A stretch of 64,000 bases of DNA, from assembly GCA_965243135.1 (NCBI GenBank), contig OZ251539.1:5664001-5728000 (forward strand). The letters are read 5' to 3'. The position numbers and the translations under genes were made by a program. Under the pieces are notes generated by a model. It had not been told where the DNA came from. It was given only the letters and a program-made list of their open reading frames with translations, and ran no database searches. Below, one piece after another: positions 59,909-64,000 of this stretch (its first letter is position 1; each line of letters opens with the position of its first letter). The DNA comes from Alphaproteobacteria bacterium. GTDB taxonomy: Bacteria > Pseudomonadota > Alphaproteobacteria > MPNO01 > UBA830.

Positions 59909-60336
59909 CGGGAGCCGCCGCCTTCTTTCTCCGGTTTCTCCGGAACGAACGCGAAATAGGCTCCGTCTTCGCCGATCTTCTCCCAGACCACTTTCACCCG
60001 CATGCCGATCTCGGCGTCGTCGGGTGCGACGTCCTTGAGGTTCGCGATGATGCGCACGCCTTCGTCGAGTTCGATCAGGCCGACGACGTAGGGGGCCTTC
60101 CCGTCGAACCCCGCGGTCGGCACGTGGGTCACCGTGTACGAATAGAGCGTTCCCTTGCCGGAGGCGCGCCGCCACCGGAGATTGCGCTTGCCGCTGCGGA
60201 CGCTGTTGGCGCGGGGCCAGAACTGGTGCTTTCGCGTCGCAGGGTCGTACTGCAGCATCAATTCGCCTTCCTTCGCGCCGTCCCAGAACGGCTGCGTGGT
60301 CGGGGTCGGTTTCGGCGTCGGCCGCCGGTCGGCCAT
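59905..60336 (-). CDS. DUF35/ChsH2-like OB-fold protein
   Basis: TQPFWDGA, SGKGTLYSYTV, PYVVGLIELDEG, IGMRVKV; adjacent to a thiolase. Confidence 0.88.
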   Translation of the reverse strand: MADRRPTPKPTPTTQPFWDGAKEGELMLQYDPATRKHQFWPRANSVRSGKRNLRWRRASGKGTLYSYTVTHVPTAGFDGKAPYVVGLIELDEGVRIIANLKDVAPDDAEIGMRVKVVWEKIGEDGAYFAFVPEKPEKEGGGSR

Positions 60337-60350
60337 GTCCGTTCCTCCGT

Positions 60351-61532
60351 TCAGTTGACCAGGACCATGGCGGAGGCGGTTCCCCAGTTGCGCCCGTAGG
60401 GGATCACGCCGATGCCGGTGACCAGAGCGTTTCGCGGGTTCGGCACTTGCCGCTTTCCGGCTTCGCCCGTCAGCTGCCGCACGGCTTCGGCGAGGTTGAG
60501 CCCGCCCCCCGCCAGCCCTGGCTGGCCGCAGCTGATCTGGCCGCCGCCGGTGTTGATCGGAAGTTCGCCCTTCGGGCCGAGGTCGGTGTCGCGCAGGAAC
60601 TGCGATCCTTGTCCCTTCCCGGCGAAGCCGATCTGCTCGCATTTGAGCATCACCGCGAACAGGAAGTCGTCGTATGGATGGAACATGTCGACGTCGCGCG
60701 GCTTCATCTTCGCCTTCTTCAGGGCTTCGGGGCCCGACACGGAGTGTCCGGTCGCCGTGATGTCGGGGGTCTGGTTGGCGCAGTCGAAGTTGGAAATCTC
60801 GGCGTAGGAGAGGGGGTAGACCCGGTTGCCGAACCCGAGGCGGCGCGCGCGGCTGGTCTTCATCATGACGAGGCCGTTGCCGCCGTCGCAGAACATCACC
60901 GAATCGAGCAGCCTGAGCGGCGACGAGACCTGCCGCGATTCGAGGTAGTCGTCGACGGTGATCTTGCTGCGCAGCTTTTCGTAGGCGTTGGGATTCAGGA
61001 CCGCGCCGTTCCGCTGCGCCACGGCGAGCGCGCCGAGGCCGCGGAAATCGAGGTCGTGCTCGTGGGCGTACCGGTTCATCAGCAGCCCGAACGCTCCGGG
61101 CGGCCCCTGGATGCCCACGGGATCCCAGAACTCGTTGCGGTAGCTGCCGTAATTGGCGCGCCACTGGGTCGAAGGGGCGTCCGCCGCGATCAACATGACC
61201 GTGTCGCAGAGGCCGGCCTGGAGCGCCATGGCGGCGCGGGCGACGTTGCCGATCGCCGACGCGCCGCCGAGGTCGCTGGTCTGGAGCCATCGGGCCGAGA
61301 CGCCGAGGTATTCCGTCGCGTAGTTCGACCAGAACGGGTTGGCGCATTCGCTGAGCGGCACGGTGAAGGCGACGCCGTCGATGTCCCCGGGTTCGAGCCG
61401 CGTTTTCTTGTAAAGCCGTTCCGCGACCTCGGCCGCGATCTCGTAGGCCGATCTGCCGCCGCGCCGTTCGACCTTGGTTTCGGCGTAGGCGACGATGCAG
61501 ACGTCCTTGTTCGCGAGGAAGTTGCCGGCCAT
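60351..61532 (-). CDS. Thiolase-family protein (SCP-x/Ltp2-like)
   Basis: DLGGAS, CDGG, YDDF, PINTGGGQIS, EAVRQL.GEA..RQV. Confidence 0.88.
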   Translation of the reverse strand: MAGNFLANKDVCIVAYAETKVERRGGRSAYEIAAEVAERLYKKTRLEPGDIDGVAFTVPLSECANPFWSNYATEYLGVSARWLQTSDLGGASAIGNVARAAMALQAGLCDTVMLIAADAPSTQWRANYGSYRNEFWDPVGIQGPPGAFGLLMNRYAHEHDLDFRGLGALAVAQRNGAVLNPNAYEKLRSKITVDDYLESRQVSSPLRLLDSVMFCDGGNGLVMMKTSRARRLGFGNRVYPLSYAEISNFDCANQTPDITATGHSVSGPEALKKAKMKPRDVDMFHPYDDFLFAVMLKCEQIGFAGKGQGSQFLRDTDLGPKGELPINTGGGQISCGQPGLAGGGLNLAEAVRQLTGEAGKRQVPNPRNALVTGIGVIPYGRNWGTASAMVLVN

Positions 61533-61535
61533 GTC

Positions 61536-62381
61536 CTATTGTCCCCTGAATTCCGGCTTGCGCCGCTCGGAGAAGGCCGCCAGGCCCTCGGTCCTGTCCT
61601 CCGACCAGGACAGCAGGTAGGCGAGGTCGGATTCCTGCTGGAAGCCGAGGTGCAGGGGCAGGTCGCGCCCCCGGTTGACGGCCTGTTTCGACATCATGGT
61701 GGCGAGCGGGCCCACCTTGTGCATTTCTTCGACGATCTCGCGCACCTTCGCGACCGCCTGTCCCTTCGGCACGACGTGGTTGACGATGCGGAGTTCGCGG
61801 GCTTCCGCGGCCGGGATTCGCCGGCCGGTCCATATCAGTTCCTTGGCGAGCGGCGCGCCGATCAGGCGCTGCAGGTTCTGGGTGCCGCCGGCGCCCGGAA
61901 TCAGGCCGTGCCGGCCTTCCGGGAGGCCGAAGCTCGCGTTCTCGCCGGCGACGATGAAGTCGCCCAGCATCGCCATCTCGAAGCCGCCGCCGAGGCAGTA
62001 GCCTTCGACGGCCGAGACCACCGGCTTGGTGTAGTTCATCAGGAAGCGGTAGAGGAGCCGGTTCCTGCGGTGGTTGTATCGCGCCCGGTAGTTGTCGTAG
62101 CGGTCCTCCGGCAGATCCCGGAATCCTCCGAGATCGGCGCCGGCGCAGAAGGCGCGTTCGTCGCCCGACAGCACGACGGCGATGATCTTCCGGTCGAGTT
62201 CGACGGCGTCCATCGCGTGCATGATGTCGTCCGCCATTTCCTCGTTGATCGCGTTCAGCCGGTCGGGCCGGTTCAACCGGATCTCGAGCGCGCCCTTGCG
62301 CTTGCGGGCCAGAATCGCGTCGTAGGACTTTCTGATCGCGCCGCCGCGGGGGCGGCGGAAGGATTCCAGCTTTCTCGCCAT
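61536..62381 (-). CDS. Enoyl-CoA hydratase/isomerase
   Basis: [27 protein letters not shown]...[19 protein letters not shown]. Confidence 0.92.
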   Translation of the reverse strand: MARKLESFRRPRGGAIRKSYDAILARKRKGALEIRLNRPDRLNAINEEMADDIMHAMDAVELDRKIIAVVLSGDERAFCAGADLGGFRDLPEDRYDNYRARYNHRRNRLLYRFLMNYTKPVVSAVEGYCLGGGFEMAMLGDFIVAGENASFGLPEGRHGLIPGAGGTQNLQRLIGAPLAKELIWTGRRIPAAEARELRIVNHVVPKGQAVAKVREIVEEMHKVGPLATMMSKQAVNRGRDLPLHLGFQQESDLAYLLSWSEDRTEGLAAFSERRKPEFRGQ

Positions 62382-62442
62382 GTCGGCTCCCGCTGTCCCG
62401 TAACGGCGCGGAGCGTGCCTGTCGGCGACCGCGAAGTCAAGG

Positions 62443-63890
62443 ATGAGCGTTCGCTACCCGGGGGACGAAAAAATTTCGTCCGGGGACCGGACGCGGGATC
62501 CTTCGCCCCTTTTGCCGCGACCGACGGACGAGGGGCTTTGCCGCCGGCAACGGCCCGGCGGGACGAGGCGCGCCAGGAAGCGGAAACGTCGCGCGGAGGC
62601 AGGCCGGCAGGCGACGTTCCGGAAAACGCAGCGGGCGCGCCGAGGCGGCGCGCAACGAGCCGCCTGAAGTCGGCCTCTTCGGCGAACGAGCGGGCCGCCC
62701 GCGGCGAAGCCGAGGGAGCGACTCGACGAACGCGGCAACGCCCGCGGCGCGCAAGTTTGACAAGTTCGAGAGCGAGCGCGCCCGAGGCGCGCCCGAGGCG
62801 CGCAGGAGAGCGGCGCGGAACGAGAAGCCCGGCGGGGGCGACAGCCCGGGTCGCCGTCGCGCGGACGCGCGCCGCGCTTGCCGGGTTCCCGGCCGCCGTC
62901 AACGGCAAGCCTTGCGCGAGAAACGGAGAAAAGGCCGCTCGTCGAGTTTCGCGCCGCGGCGTTGTCGCCGGCCCCCGTTCGACGCCGAAGCGGGAGGCGC
63001 GCCGGCGCCGCGGTCGGTCGCGAACGACGGCGCCGGCACTTGCGCCCCGCGCGACCGCGACAGTCGCTCGACTTCGAGGTTTCGCCGGCGGGGAAGGCCG
63101 TCAGGCGCCCCCCGCCCCGTCGTCCGTCGGCGTCGTCCGTTCGGCGACGGTTTCCGGCGCGGCGGTCTGGCGGATCAGCGCCTTGAGCGCCGTCATGCTC
63201 TCCTCGTGGCGGCGTTCGTCGGCTTCGCGCTGCTGCTGCAGGGCTTGCAGCATGGCCTCGTGGCGGCGCTCTTCGGCTTCGCGCTGCTGCTGCATGGCTT
63301 CGCTCTGCTGCTGCATGGCCGCGCTCTGCTGCTGCATGGCCGCGCGCTGCTGTTCCATCGCTTCCTCGTGGCGGCGCTCTTCGGCTTCGCGCTGCTGCTG
63401 CATGGCTGCGCTCTGCTGTTGCCCGCGTTCGTCGCTGGCGCGGACCATCGCGCGGATGCCATACCAGATGCCGACGGCCGCGACGACGGCCGCGAGCGCG
63501 TTGACGGAAGCGACGGCGAGATTGGCGATCACGACGGCACTCATGAGCGTCCTTTCTGGAGACGGTTTCGGAGACAATATCCGCGGCGCCGATGCGATCG
63601 TCAAGAGAGAGAAGGGAGAGACGTTTGCGCCAGGGCGAGAACGGGGCGGCGGCGTTCATTGCCCGTCCTCGGGGCGGCAGCAGGGGCGGCGCGCAGGACG
63701 ACCCGCAAGCGGCGAAACGCCTGAACTCCAGGCCGCGGTTCCGTCGAACGGGAGCGTCGTCCGGTCGAGCGAGGCGGACCCGTCGAACCTCTTGGGTTCG
63801 GCCATGGGCGGAAAGCCTGAGGAAACATGCAACCAGCGTGGGCCCGCCTGGAGGCGGAACAGGCAGGTCGCCCCGCGACCGAACGCTTAC
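62443..63890 (+). mobile_element. Non-autonomous IS66-derived element, copy 2 (1448 bp)
   Basis: aTgAGCGTTCG...CGAACGCTTAC ends; perfect 8-bp TSD AGTCAAGG at 62435-62442 and 63891-63898. Confidence 0.88.
63101..63544 (-). CDS. Membrane-anchored Gln/Glu-rich heptad-repeat protein (passenger), copy 2
   Basis: 147 aa paralogue of 26060-26509; AAAGGA RBS-like sequence upstream. Confidence 0.75.
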   Translation of the reverse strand: MSAVVIANLAVASVNALAAVVAAVGIWYGIRAMVRASDERGQQQSAAMQQQREAEERRHEEAMEQQRAAMQQQSAAMQQQSEAMQQQREAEERRHEAMLQALQQQREADERRHEESMTALKALIRQTAAPETVAERTTPTDDGAGGA

Positions 63891-64000
63891 AGTCAAGGAG
63901 ACCCTTGCGCTGTTCATAACGTCCTGAAACAGCTTTCAGGGGCGCGAATTTTCTTTTCCTCAGGTACGGAAGACTGCGAACTTTCCGCGCTGAGACCGCC

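Overview
GC-rich bacterial window, probably from an alphaproteobacterium (class I LysRS, large DinG, IalB); a host-associated lifestyle is an inference. Housekeeping and catabolic genes (lysS, DinG helicase, amtB, two ABC importers, flavin monooxygenases, a CoA-dependent/UbiD operon) are interspersed with many mobile-element relics. Main observations: (1) five paralogous AAA-ATPase + PD-(D/E)XK nuclease genes whose N- and C-terminal modules occur in shuffled combinations, each with its own sigma70-like promoter 6 nt before the ATG; (2) a ~1.4 kb non-autonomous IS66-derived element in two copies, one with a perfect 8-bp target duplication, carrying a membrane-anchored heptad-repeat passenger gene; (3) an intact ISNCY-like IS splitting a TenA/PqqC-like gene, plus a MITE and a relic with related ends; (4) a large autotransporter-IalB pair preceded by a 12-bp poly-G tract; (5) HipBA, a decayed VapBC, an OLD-like ATPase and two uncharacterised gene pairs. 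No rRNA, tRNA or CRISPR array was seen. All family calls come from motif recognition by eye; no database search was run.
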